From Podospora anserina (Eukaryota), in NCBI GenBank assembly GCA_017654855.1, contig CM030333.1, positions 2,108,001 through 2,172,000 of the forward strand: 64,000 nucleotides of DNA, read 5' to 3'. Below the pieces are notes generated by a model, which was given only the letters and a program-made list of their open reading frames with translations, searched no databases and was not told where the DNA came from. Shown here in pieces: positions 36,016 to 48,682 of this stretch; within the stretch, counting starts at the first letter, position 1; each line of letters opens with the position of its first letter. Both the position numbers and the translations under genes were made by a program.

Positions 36016-37150
36016 ATGGCCACTCCATTCTGGCTCCCCGGTGAAAAGGTCTCCGAGGTAGAAACAAAAATACGTGACGCAATAACAAACCGTCTATCTC
36101 GCGAAGATTTCTACGAAACAAAGCTTTCACACTACGCCATCTCCATCTCCTGGAAACCTCTCATCTCGTATCCCAACAATGATCGACCCGCAAACCGTTT
36201 AAGCCAGGCATGCACCCTCGCCGGCTACCGCAACAACGTCCAAGCAGCCTCTCCACTCGAGTACATGAAACAAACCTGGCCCGACAGAGGACCAGAGGTC
36301 TACCACTTCCTTGCTGGAGCTTTTAGCATCAACAACCCTTCAATCACACCACCCACTGATTCAGTAGGGATTAAACCCTCACATTATGCAACCCTCCAAG
36401 CACCAGATGGGTCGGATATTATCCTTGACTTGACTGAACACCCCGGCGGTCCAAGCCAGTTCATTAAAACCCCATCTCATCATTGAAATCCACAACGCCG
36501 AACCGGAGATTATCGCTGAGATAGCCAGCCAATTAGCTTGGTGTTGCGGGGTGTTGAAGAGGTCGAAGGTCACGGACTCGATTTACTACCGTATGCCCAA
36601 CGCTAAAGGGTTCGAGTTAGAAAACACTGGTGCAGGCCTCAGAGGCAGCTGCAAGATTTACTATTATTCCGTCTCGTTTAAGCACCACCGCCATCCCAAA
36701 CCGTGCCGGCAGGCGCTGTTCACGACGGGGACACAGCCGTACCCTGGAGTGTTAACTGGATACCCGATCAGGATATTGCCGGATTATGTCCTTCCCAACA
36801 CACCCAAGACAGGCCTTGAGATGACGTGGGGGTTGTTGGTGAGGTTTCTTGGTGGGGAGGAAGAGCAACCCCGTAGGCCGAGTAGTAGGGAGGAGTTGGT
36901 GAAAACGCCGATTGTGTTAAAGGGGTCGCATTTTATGCTTTGTTCTGTGATTTTGAGGAGGGGGAGGGTGTCCTGGCATTTGATACAGGATAATGGCATC
37001 AAGAGGCCGACAAGCTTTGGGAGTGATCCTAACAATCTGCCCAAGCCGTTGTATGTGGATGATGGTTTTGGTGTGGAGGACGGGGAGTTGGAAAAGTGTC
37101 GGCATGTTTGTTGGGAGTGGGTGTGGAGGGTATCATCAGTGTGTTGTTAA
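36016..37150 (+). pseudogene. Frameshifted tandem paralog B of 34307-35572
   Basis: TLAGYRNNVQAASPLEYMKQTWP is in one frame; EIASQLAWCCGVLK, GYPIR...GLEMTW and SWHL...CRHVC are in the next frame. The shift lies between 36434 and 36483 with no usable intron. Confidence 0.75.
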
Positions 37151-37810
37151 GGAACCGGGGCCTTTTCGGGTGGTTCCGGCTCCGGTGGGAAAATCAGGTA
37201 GGTAAGGTGGGCAAGGGAAGTTTTGCTTTTGTGAGGGATCTCGCAGGTAGTCATAGCAACAAAGACAGGACAGTCCAGTTTCTACGAAGAGATCACCCAT
37301 TTCCACATTCGAACTGCTTTTAATGCCTGGACTTGTGAATGGACCTGGTTGAACTGAAATCGCGCCCTTATCCTCGTCAATGTCTCTAAAGTACCCGAAC
37401 AACAAAGTCCCTACCTTCGAGCCCTCCTCTCCGTGATGTCTTCAGTCTCATCATCGCTATCCCATGCCCTCTTACCCCCCTCAGACTCATGTCGGCCTAC
37501 ATGGTTAATGAACCGGTTGTTTTCATGACTGTACATCCCAGGTGATGACTGTCCCAACGAGCCAGACCAAAACGAATGTCTCCCCAACTGAGTATGTCCT
37601 CTCTGATCGAAGGGCGATAACGATAAGTACGTGTCTGATGCCATGTCAGCAGGCCCAAACAAAGAAAGATCAGCCGGTTGCTTCCCAGTGCCACCCTGCG
37701 ATCGTGACCCAAAACTTGAGCCAAGACCACTATCTTGAAACAGAGCTTCCACTTCGCCAACATCATCTCCAGGGTCCCCGCACAGCCGTGATGCTCTTTC
37801 CCAGGTAAGC
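37136..37810 (-). pseudogene. Possible gene remnant, unassigned
   Basis: Protein-like segments (EVEALFQDSGLGSS...; KRAWDSDDETED; ...NFPCP) lie in two adjacent frames behind a branch/acceptor-like TTGAC..CAG. No complete model could be built. Confidence 0.3.
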
Positions 37811-38246
37811 TGGCGGTCAACTGTGGATCATCACTCTCCGGCTTGGCACGTCCGGACGGCCGAGCCATTCTCCGCCAACGGGCCGCCGGGACCCCACAGT
37901 TCTAAATCCGCTTAGCTCCGAGCGCCGCAATCCTGCATCATGCATCAACGACAGCGGTCAAGAACCCACCTAACTGTCGTCTCGAACTGACCAACCGATC
38001 TCAATCGCCAGCTCGGCTATCACTTGAGGTGACTCAGACTATCATCCGCCCTTCAATTGAGCATTAAATACTTGCATGTTCCATTTTATCTGGATCGATT
38101 GCTTTTCACCTGTGGACACACAAAGCCGTTAGCGGATTACACCATCATCCCCGCCAGGCCCGCCACAGCCGTTGCCGTCATCGGCTGCCCGCGTCTCTCA
38201 ACTCCAAGCCTCATCGCTTCCACAGTTTCACAACCAACCTCACAAG

Positions 38247-40005
38247 ATGTCTTCCAGTCACCCACCACAACCGGCAGCGTCTGCCCTTCCCGCCGACGGC
38301 CTCAACGTTCTTTCACCAGCGCCAATACAAACCGAATCCAGCCCTCTGCTCCCCAAGCCGCCATCAGCTTCCTCATCCTCCTCAGAAGCTGTCAGCGAGG
38401 CCGGCACCGAAACAGAAGAATCCACACTCATAGCCCAGCCACTTTCTCCCGCCAGGCTCTACATAACTCTCACCTCATCCTACCTGGGCGTCTTCCTCGG
38501 CGCAGTGGACGCCTCTATCATTGTCACTTTGTCTGGACCCATCGCCTCAGAGTTCCAGTCCCTGTCACTGTTATCATGGCTTGCGGCATCATACCTCATC
38601 GCCAATGCTGCTTGTCAGCCCCTGTCGGGTAGACTCACCGATATCTTTGGTCGTGGGCCGGGACTCGTCTTCTCCAACTTGATGTTCGGCCTTGGTAACC
38701 TCATTTGTGGGTTGGCAAAGAACGAACAGCAAATCATCCTCGGACGAGTCATCTCTGGAGTGGGAGGCGGTGGGCTCATGAGCATCAGCACTTTCCTTGC
38801 CACGGATCTGGTTCCATTGAAGAAAAGAGGCGTGGTGCAAGGGCTGGGGAACATTGCTTATGGCACAGGCGCTATGCTGGGTGGCGTATTTGGCGGCTTC
38901 ATCAACGACACTTCGTCCTGGGGTTGGAGGTTGGCTTTTTTGATTCAGGTCCCGATCATTGCTGTCAGTGGTGGATTGGTGGCTTATCTGGTGAGGGTGC
39001 CGCCCAAGGTATCCAACAAGAGCTTGATCTCGAGGATCGACTTCCTGGGTGCCTTCTTTATCGTCGGGTTCTTGGTCTTGACGCTGCTCGGGCTTAATGC
39101 CGGCGGGAATTTGGTCAGGTGGACGGATCCATTGGTCTTGACGAGCATTCCGCTGGGTGTCGCAATGCTCTTTGCCTTGGTGTGGTGGGAAGGCAGGGTG
39201 AAGCAACCGATTATCCCGGTGAAGCTATTGGTTGAAAGGACTGTTGCTGCAGCGTGTATCACGAATTTTTGCAGGTATGTATCCCCCGATCTTTCTTCAA
39301 GACAAGAAAACTGACGATCCCAGCTCCATGGTGATGATGATGACCATGTTCTATGTTCCACTGTATCTCCAGGTCCTTGGCTACACACCCACACAATCCG
39401 CATATCGCATCCTCGCATCTTCGGTCGGCGTCTCGTTCGCGTCGGTCGGCAGCGGGTTGATCATGAAGCAAACTGGCAAGTATGTCGGCCTGGGCAGAAT
39501 TGTCTTGTCAGTGTACACGATCGCCATTGCTCTCAACACATTGCTGGACCAGTACACGCCACCTTGGATCCCGTTTGTTTCCATGACCCTCCACGGTGCT
39601 GGATACGGTGCTATGCTTACTGTTACCCTCCTTGGCTGTATTGCTGCTGTTGAACACTCGCAGCAAGCCGTGATCACGAGCGCTACGTATGCCTTCCGGT
39701 CGGTAGGCACCACGCTCGGCATCACTGTCGCATCGGCCGTCTATCAGAACATCCTGAAGGCAAAGCTGTGGGAAAGATTCGGTGATCTGCCCGGTGCGGC
39801 TGAGGAGATCAACCGAATCCGTGATGATCTTGGGGAGTTGGGGCGGTTGCCTGAGGGTTGGCATGATGGTGTAATTGCGTCGTTTATGGAGGCGTTCAGA
39901 GGAGTCTGGCTGACTGCGCTTGGCTTGACTGTCATTGCTCTGATCAGTGTCTCCTTGATGAAGCAGCACAAGCTGCACTCGACGTTAACCAGGCAGGAGG
40001 AATAG
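38247..40005 (+). CDS. MFS transporter, DHA2/VBA-type (14 TM)
   Basis: Motifs FLGAVDASII, GRLTDIFGR, GRVISGVGGGG, DLVPLKKRG, WGWRLAFLIQVP and RSVGTTLG. Intron 39275-39323. Confidence 0.95.
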
Positions 40006-40254
40006 GTCCTCTGTTTAAAACTGAGGATATGTTGGGCGATGCCTGGTAGGCAGGGGAGGAGCGGGGAAGGGAGGAAGGAGATGATGGCGGCATCAGTCCA
40101 TCTGTCAAGCAAACGTGCATATGTATCAGTTGTTCCTTCCACCACATAACCCATGAGATATCGCTGCGTAAACGTTAAACGCGTCAATGACTCAACATCT
40201 CCGTCTGGAACCCTCCTCTTCCTTTTTCCCAGAGCATGATGTAGCAAAAGATAA

Positions 40255-40380
40255 CCTAAACTCGGGTCAAAGACAGGTCAAACTGGGATCAAGATGGAAG
40301 TAAGCTGGGATTAAATTGATAGCCAGCTGGGATATAGGACAGAGGTTGGATAGATAAGGCTGGGATATAGCTGGGATGAA
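40255..40380 (+). repeat. Degenerate array of RRCTGGGAT motifs (about 6-7 copies)
   Basis: AACTCGGGT, AACTGGGAT, AGCTGGGAT (x3) and GGCTGGGAT fall within 125 bp. Confidence 0.65.
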
Positions 40381-41875
40381 GAAAGATGGCTTGTAGTACT
40401 ACGTTTCGAGTCGTGCTCGTATAACTTATCGGGTGCCCTCAACAAACTTCCCCAGTAACCAAATTCCAATTCCCTAATATAGTAACTCTGAATCTTTTAT
40501 TTATTCTTACCATAATGCGCTGGTGATTTTGCCCTGCCCCACCGCACCTCACCGACAACCGCCCATGCCTTAGCGTGGCCACATCGACAGCCCAGTTTCA
40601 TGACATGCACAACGAACGAACACCATTGGAACCCAGAGCCTCGCACAACGCTGCGGATTTATTTTTTCTGTCACCATCACTGCTGCCGGTTCTTTCCGTT
40701 TCTTTTGCTTTCACCTCCTCCAACCGTTGGTACCTGCGCACACCTGGTACATGGTTCATGCATCTTCAACTGCCGCTTGACAGCTGCCGCAGGCCGCATC
40801 TGATACACCGCTCTCTTTCGCACCACCACCACGACGCATCTTCAGTTTTCCCTCAATTATTTCACCTTCCCCATTTCTTCAACCTTCGCCCCAAACCCCC
40901 AGCCTTTCATCAACCACCAACCCCTCAGCAGCCGATGCACTACCCCCAAACGTCTCAGAACAACATCCACCCCCATCAACCACAACAACCCTCATTTCTC
41001 ACCGTCATCCCCTCCCCTCATCACGACAGCCTCCACCTCCTCAACAAAACCCACATCAAAGTGTAATAACCCAAATGTTCTACCCCTGCCTGGCCCCTGT
41101 CCTTCTTTCGGGTCCGAGACCGTGCATACGAGCGGGACCTCCCGTATCAGCATTCTCATCCCCTCACCTAACACCCACCCCCCCTACTAGCGGCGGCCGC
41201 CCAAAAAAAAAACCTTATCTCAACGTTCACAGGCATCTCCCCAGGCAACAGGCACACCACGCCTCATGCGCAAGCAACCAATATAAACAACGCCCCCCTT
41301 TTCTCTTGCATTTCGCGCTTCCAAACAACACTTCATCCGCAAGGCTGACTGGTGTGATGTATCACATTATATGGGTATGAACGTTCTTTTGTACCTGGAC
41401 AAACAGTCAGCCAAGTTCCATATCCCCATATAAGGCTCTCGAGAGTCCGAGTAACAGCACCTAGTGGTCTGCCTAACGGTAAGTAGGTAGTTTGGGTCAA
41501 GGTTGACCGGCCAGAGGCGGCAAGGATAGTAGTCCTACAACTGTAAGTTTCTTTGTTTTCTTATTGGCCCATCCTTGTTTCTTCTAATCTATCTTGTTGG
41601 AACTATGGAATGTGTCGACTACCTATAGAACGAACGACGTAGACCCGCTTTCGTGACGGAGCTACCATCCACCTATACAAAGTACTTGGGTAGGTAGGTA
41701 TGCCTCAACTCAAGGAAATAAAACATCAGAGAAGGTAAAGGTAAGTAAAGTTCTATCGTTGGCTTCCTCATCATCAATTCTTGTTTTGTCTTCCACCTCG
41801 TCATCACCATCATCCACGAAGAAAAGTTTCTTCGCGTCTTTTTTTCTCTGCCATTTCCACACTTGTTGGCAATTC

Positions 41876-43161
41876 TCATAGTGATATATTTCCCGTCGCA
41901 ACAGCAAAGGCACCGCAAAAGGCCAGGTAGGCACACCCTGCCAACGCAGTCGTTGTCGTATCCAGTCGAGTCTTTGCACTTACCGTGGCGCAAAAGACGA
42001 CGGTGGACACGCCAATGATGGCGAAGACCTGCCCCTTGTCCAACTCAGCGAGGTATAGTATTCCAGCTGGGACAAGGAGCAGTAGAGCAGCGGCGATGAC
42101 GTGGATGGTCTTGAAGATGAATGTCATGAAGGGAATGGGGATGTAGTTGTCCTTAGACTGTGAACCGGGCTGTCAACAGTATCTGTCAGCTTTTGGACAT
42201 CCATTACGTCTAGAACAAGAGTGTGGCGACAGACCTTGAACCATTGGTTATATCGTCTGCTGATGTCGGCTGACGTCTGGATGACCCAGTAAGGGGGCGG
42301 GTCGGCTAGGCTGATCAAGTCCTCGGGTGTTCGAAGGATGATGCCAGCCTCAGGGTCGAGGTTCTTGTTGTCGGTCATCCATTCGTTTTTTATCCTCCAC
42401 TGTTCAGGGTGCGTAGCATACTGCTGTTCGTTTGCCTTGACGTAGGCACAACGCTTGACTGGTTTGCAATGGTTAGCTACCGCATAGGTAACCAGGGCAG
42501 TCGTGGTTTTCCGGGTATCTTGTATTTTCTTACGGTAGTCGTCTAATTCCTTCCTTAAGTCTGCCTTGATGGTCTCGAGCTTGTCCTCCATCAGGGGTTG
42601 TCCAGCCGGTCGTTTGTGGTTCGCAGTCGGGCCCCTTGCTTCCTCGGGATGCTCCTTGTAGTATTCACGGAGCTCCTCTGAGAGATAGCTGATCCTATAC
42701 TGGCTGTCAACCAGTAGGTGCCAATTCTCCCAGCCGAAAGCTCTGTAAGACTTCCAGTTGGACCATCGATCGAACATACCCGCCAGCTCTGCGACACCGC
42801 CGTGATGGATGGACTTTTCGTTTCCTATGAGTCAAAAGTGCCATTAGTAAGGCTTGATGGCAGAGGGGATCCTTATTTGCTACTTACTGCCATCACGAAA
42901 CCGGCAGTTATCGTAAGGGCCCTCTGCGCCTGGGTGTGCTGGGATTAGAACGGCACGATGAGTATGAGGATGCGTGCAGAAGAACTCACTACTGTCCACT
43001 TTCGAGCATGTCTCACCACTAACAGACGCTGAGGATTCGGGCCCGATAGTGGAATCGCATAGTTGCTCTACAGAGTCTCCATCAACAGGACGCTCCGAGG
43101 ATCTAGGAGAGTCTGAACGTTGCCCAACCTCTGTTGTGCTGGCATCTGAAGGAAGTGGCAT
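41876..43161 (-). CDS. DUF6594-like protein with three C-terminal TM helices
   Basis: Five exons splice in frame: 43161-42990, 42938-42888, 42824-42534, 42458-42235 and 42157-41876. Contains GVAELAGMF...SYRAFG, a helical region, EDLISL, then LLLLVPAGILYL / FAIIGVSTVVFCA / AGCAYLAFCG. Confidence 0.72.
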
Positions 43162-46100
43162 CTTGGTAAAAAGGGGCTGCGGTGGTTTCAGGGTAGGCCG
43201 TTGTGGAAACAAACAACTGAAGTCCTCAGACGTCCTAGTCCCCTCTCTTAAGCATTTTGGAAGCTGGCAAGCACACAAGAGCCTCTTTCCTCTTCACTGT
43301 CTCCGTGTCTCCTCCGCTCCGGATGCCTAGCGTCAGGCATTGGTCGTGCAGAAAAGAGTGATGGTGCATCGAGACGTCTGGCAGCCTTGCCAATGTCGAG
43401 AGGGTGTGCCAACGCTGATGACCTGTGAACTGATGAATATCCTCTGCAGTATGCAGCGCACAACTGGATAGCGCTGATCGAAGAATAATGGCGAGAATAA
43501 ACTAGCGGTGACTGTGGGACAATTGGGCCATCGGTGCTGCGCCTCGTTTGGGGCCAAAATGCATCGTCTTGTCGTCAACGCAGAGTAACAAGACGCCCGG
43601 AAACAGTATAGAAGTAGCATGGCGGAAGGAAAGGCGGACAAGGGGCAGCAGGCTCGGGCACATCGGGGAGCGACGAGACCTCTCCGCTTCTCGAAACCAA
43701 TGTCCAGAACACCACGCGCCATACTTACAGACAAGCCCATTGGTTGACGTTATGGTCCACACCCCCAAAGCACCGGAATAACAGAATTGTGCCGAGCATA
43801 AGTAGGTGAGTGTGTAAGATGCAGACATGAACATACGTGGCGATCAGGTATGGAATAGGGGGCCAAAAGCATGGCCACGATAGCGGGCCATCGCCTTCAA
43901 CAGGAAGTTGTTCCAACACCCGTGACGGAACATCTCCAAGGTCCGCCATCGGCCTGAGAGCCTTGTCTTGTCAAAGGCATCATGGGTCCCGGACTGGCGG
44001 CCCAACTACGTGCAAATTAAGCCAACCTATCTGCCTTCTGATATCTTCTGAGTCCCGAGAAACAAAACAATTCGATGGTATGTTCTTCTGTGCCGACCTT
44101 GCGACAGTTTCGACTGTTCTTCTTGAGCTCTTTTCCATCCTGGAGACTGGCCGTTCCAGGCTCAGCTCGTCGCGCCTGCAGTTTACGGTTGTATGATGGT
44201 ACAGGTCGACGCACAGCGCCCAGCGCTTCATCCGCGCAAACAAGATCGTGGCTCATGGCTTTTCAGACGCGGCTAACTCGGTTCGCCAGAATCCTCATCG
44301 TCGCGGTATGTTGCTGAGCCCCATCGTTTCGATGTTGACAATGTTCCCGATGTTTGCCTTGTGGGGCGCAGTCTTCAAAGTGGTGACATGGACTATTCAG
44401 CGGTCTCGATCGATCGTGGAAAGCACCGTCAGACGAGAAAGTGTATCAGAGCTACCGTCGAGCAAGTTTTCGAGGATTGTTGAGCAGAGAGTTCACAGGA
44501 AGGAATCCAAAACACCGATGGCCTGGGCGGTAGGTGGTGAGGGGAAAGCTAGCGATGTATAGGTAGGTGTGCCGTTAAATCAGGCCTAGCGAACCACTCT
44601 TGAAGCGAGAAGGAGCAATCACGCTCGCATTGGCACATATCGTCCCATATTTAGAAAATCACTCTTCAGGACAGCAGCGACGAGAACTCTCATGGAACTG
44701 TGGCTTAAGGGCGGCTGTCGCGTCTCAATAATAACCAGAGGTTTGAGCCACATCTTAAAACCATGCTTGGGCGATCGCAGGAAAACAATATTTTCCGTCC
44801 CCGTCAGTGTCTCCATCCTATCAAAACAGCAGCTCAATGAATGCGTTAAGGTAGCTGAAGATGGCCCCAGGATATGCAATCTTCCCCTGTTCTCCCCCGA
44901 TGTCATGCCGTTCTGGTCTCTGGTAGGCTGGGAGCCCAGTCAGCTTTGCCTCCAACAGACCCAGTAATATAGGTTAACCTAATTTGAATCCAGGCGTTAA
45001 ATAAGAGCAGTCGCCGCCCCCCCCCCGCGAGCATCTCGCAAGTTTTCTTCCTTCTGTCAAGAACCAACACAAGCGACAAAATCCAACCCAGCTATGCAGC
45101 ACACCGCACCAAACATCAGCCCACACGTCGTGTTTCCCTGTGAAACTACCGTATACGACATCAACTCCACTCCGGATGCCGCAGAAGCCCGACCAAAACT
45201 TCAAACATAGGATGGTAAAATGGTAGGGGCATTCTCTCTTTCCAGCACTCGATCCTCACAATGCTCTCCCTCCCCCCCTCCACATTCACCCCCTCCCCCT
45301 CCCTCATTTTCCTTCATTTCTTCTTAGTTCCTGACAGCCCCCACCAAGGATGGAAACGGATTAACTTGAGTTGCCGGACGGCCACGTTCCCCAATCAAGC
45401 ACCTACTCCAATCATGTTGGCTGGTTATGCGCTCGGCGTGCACGTTAATGTATGTGATCGAGCCGGCCGAATGTATTTCCTTTGGCCGAATTCATGGAAA
45501 AGCTTCCATCATGGCATGATTTTCTTCCCCTTTACGCTCAATATCTCAGCACCGTCAGGCAACGGAGGATGGCTTGGATGGTTTGCGGGGATTATCCGCG
45601 CGAGATTTGTGTGGGAAAAGCCCTCCTTTTTGCCAAGACCGGGGGGTTGGGTCCGGGTACGGGGAAGGGTCCGGGTCTTGGTGGGGGACAAGATAATGAC
45701 ATCTCACTAACCCCCACTCATGACCCTAACCCTTGATTAACAAGTCAATCCTGGGGGAGGGACAAGTGTGCACAATCCAAGTGGATTGCCGGTGTCGAAC
45801 CCTTGTGCCGGTTTCAATAAAGATACTTGCTCTTTGGGTTTGAGGATCTTTGGAACGAGTTCGGTATGGGGAATGAGTGGTGTTGATTAGAGGGGCCGGA
45901 GGGATCTCATGCCGGGGCTATGGTGATCCGAACATGGGGCATCGATCGCCGAGCACGATGGAAGCCAGCAAGCGACTCTTTTCGATTACATGGTGGATGG
46001 AAGACTGCAGGATGGGGAAGACTGGAAAGGAAACGGGAGCAATCACGAACCTGTCGCGACGAGCGAGGACCCGGTCTGGCGACGCGAATACACAGCAGCA

Positions 46101-47198
46101 ACATTGCCTGGGACCGGCCATGGGCAGCTGCAGATCAGCCAAACCAACCTGTTCATGGTCGGGCGCCTCCAGCCGCACGAACTCCGCGCCAGGGGGGGTG
46201 ATCTCTTCCGACTTAACAGCCCCTCGACGTCAAGATGGCCGTGCGCCATCTCTGCTTATCATCACAAACAGCGTACGCCATTAAATTTGCGATGGTTTAC
46301 GCTCGCCTGGACCGAAATCGAACCAGTCAGAGAAACTCGTATCGGTGTTGTTGAGAATTAGCGTTGGAAGATTCGAAAACGCCTTGCCGGCTTCCGGAAG
46401 GGATACCCGCCGCCTTCAGAGCACCCTGGGGAGCTGGAAACGATTGGGGAGCCAGCAATCAGCAAGCAGGGATCCTTGTTGAGGAAAGATTGAGAAAATG
46501 AGAGAACAAATGTGATAGAAACAGGGTAGACAGACCTAAGAGCCTGGCCTTTAAGAGAGGGGTTGCCCACAACAATCTTTTGCCCTGAACGAACAATTCC
46601 GGTCACCGCAGGAAGATTGAACCCCGTTTTCCCCTTATCCTCCTTCTGCTCTTTCTCCCACGCCGCTCCGAAACCTCTCCCGGTGTGTCTCAGCAACCTA
46701 TCCCGCGAATATTCACAAAGGCGCAAACATGGGTTGCGACCAGAGCAAGCCTCAGTCTAGGTACTTGGCTCTTCTGCGACTCTTCACCCACATTCGGCAT
46801 CACTAATTGAGAGTCTCTAGCAGCGGAAACCAAAAGCCAAACTGGCAGAGGTCCGCCAACGGCCAATACGTGGGCGCACGTCCAGTATCACATTCTTCCA
46901 ACTCCACAGCCGAAAAGCAGACCGCATCGAAGAAGCCCGCACCGAAGAAGTAATAGGAGCAACACCCGGGGGAGACATCCATATGTGGCCTTGGCGTGAG
47001 GACGATGGCGGGAAGATCGGTGCTGCACTGCACCAGGGGGTTTCGCGCTTGTATTTTGGGCGTCATCATATAGAGGATTTTGTATTTATGGGGATCTACA
47101 GTATTTACTTCCAAAGGCGGCCTCTAGAAGATAGGTTTTTTTTGTTTTGCTTTTACATGACCACTCTTGCCTCTCTGGATTTGTGCAACTCCCTCCAA

Positions 47199-47216
47199 TG
47201 TGTGTGTGTGTGTGTG
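47199..47216. repeat. (TG)n microsatellite
   Basis: About 9 TG units. Confidence 0.85.
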
Positions 47217-47459
47217 TTGACCAGGCTCCCAAGGACCCCGCGTTGTTGCTCCACAAGAGCGGCCGACGCCATACTCTTTTGACGTTGTGACGGCTCTCAA
47301 ATTGACATCGGTACCAAAGATGGATTCTCCTGGCTATTTCTGTATCCCGCCAACAACTTTGTGTGACGGTCATCGTAAAAAACACAAGTTATTATACTTT
47401 ACATGTAATTCTTTTTTTAAAAAAAACAATATCTTTTTGTCATCTTGCTTCGTGTTTCC

Positions 47460-47966
47460 TTTATCCAAGCAACATGTGTTCTTTATCCCAGCTATGTTTT
47501 TCCATCGTCCCAGCTCTATCTTTCCAATGTCCCAGCTACCTATACTCTTTCTCCCAACTACATCTGTATTTTATCCCAGCTATACACGCCTTTTGTCTCA
47601 GCTATATTCACTACTTACCTCAGGTGTTTTGACCTTTTGCGCCAGCTATCACGGCGCAGGCATTATATAACGCATGGACATGGCGATGGCGGCTAGGGTT
47701 GTCACCAGGGGGATCACATCAGCCATATCCACCTATCTAACCCTCGTCTTTTATCCCAACCTACTCCCACTTGATCTGAGCTTAGTATATCTTTAATCCG
47801 AGCTTAAACTGTCCATTTCTAGACAAACTCTGTCGTTAACCCAAGCTGAGTTCGTCTTTTGGTAGACTAACCTTATATTTAGTCCGAGTTTAGGCCGTCT
47901 TTCCCTAGATAGCGCTTGTCTTTGATGCAAGCAGGTAAGCCCTCTAAGGGTTCGTCGATCCGAGCT
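47460..47966 (-). repeat. Degenerate array of ATCCCAGCT-like motifs (about 12-14 copies), reverse orientation to the 40255-40380 array
   Basis: TTATCCCAGCT (x2), GTCCCAGCT (x2), TTATCCAAGC, TCCCAACT, GTCTCAGCT, TTATCCCAAC, ATCTGAGCT, ATCCGAGCT (x2), ACCCAAGCT and GTCCGAGTT. Confidence 0.65.
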
Positions 47967-48682
47967 TATGGATAAATTAGCTGAGAATTCTATATAATCA
48001 CTGCGTTACCTTATATCACCTTCCACAAAGTATAACCATACCATTTCTTCCCTAGGATATTTACTGCAATCTGCAACTTAGAAGATGGAGCATGTGGGTC
48101 ATGTCCGTGCTGAAGCCATCACGGAACTTTCTTCAGTGCTCCACCCATCTAGACCCTCTTTTGACAGCTCGCTTCGGGACGGCCCGCAACTCTAACTTAT
48201 AGTAGAGGCAGGGAAGAAGATGGTTGTTGAAAGAATGCTCGTAGGTGTACGTGTTGACGGGGGAAGGGGGAGGATTAAAGAGGTAGATGTTGGGAAATTG
48301 GCGCGTGTTATGTCTACCTCACCGGACGTGTGATGGCGTTACTTTACTTTATCATTGTTACAAGCCCATATTGAAGCATTGGGGCGTGATTTGAGGGCAG
48401 CGCTCTCTGGACGCCCATCGAAACCAACAATAACATATCCAGCAACCGATAAATAATGTTTTCATTGCTAAACTACCCATGCCAGAGTCAAGAGTGCAGA
48501 AAAAAGTAAGTATTTATTATTTAGGTAGGCCAGCAAATCCGGCATGCTCAAAGTACACAGTAACCTTGCCTGTAGCCTGATCCCGCCGTCGATTTCCGGC
48601 TTGTCTACTGATGTTATGAAGAGAGGACGCAGACGCCATGCATTGGTATATGTGTACAAAATGTAGTAACCTCCAAGAACAA

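Noticed and set aside
40575..41380. His/Pro/Gln-rich ORFs
   Set aside because: Low-complexity C/A-rich intergenic sequence with non-ATG or weak starts and no domain.
40255..47966. Autonomous transposon or Starship
   Set aside because: No transposase, RT or DUF3435 tyrosine recombinase ORF, no clean terminal inverted repeat and no target-site duplication were recognised.
47460..47966. CRISPR-like array
   Set aside because: Eukaryotic context, cores only ~10 bp and degenerate, irregular spacers, no cas genes.
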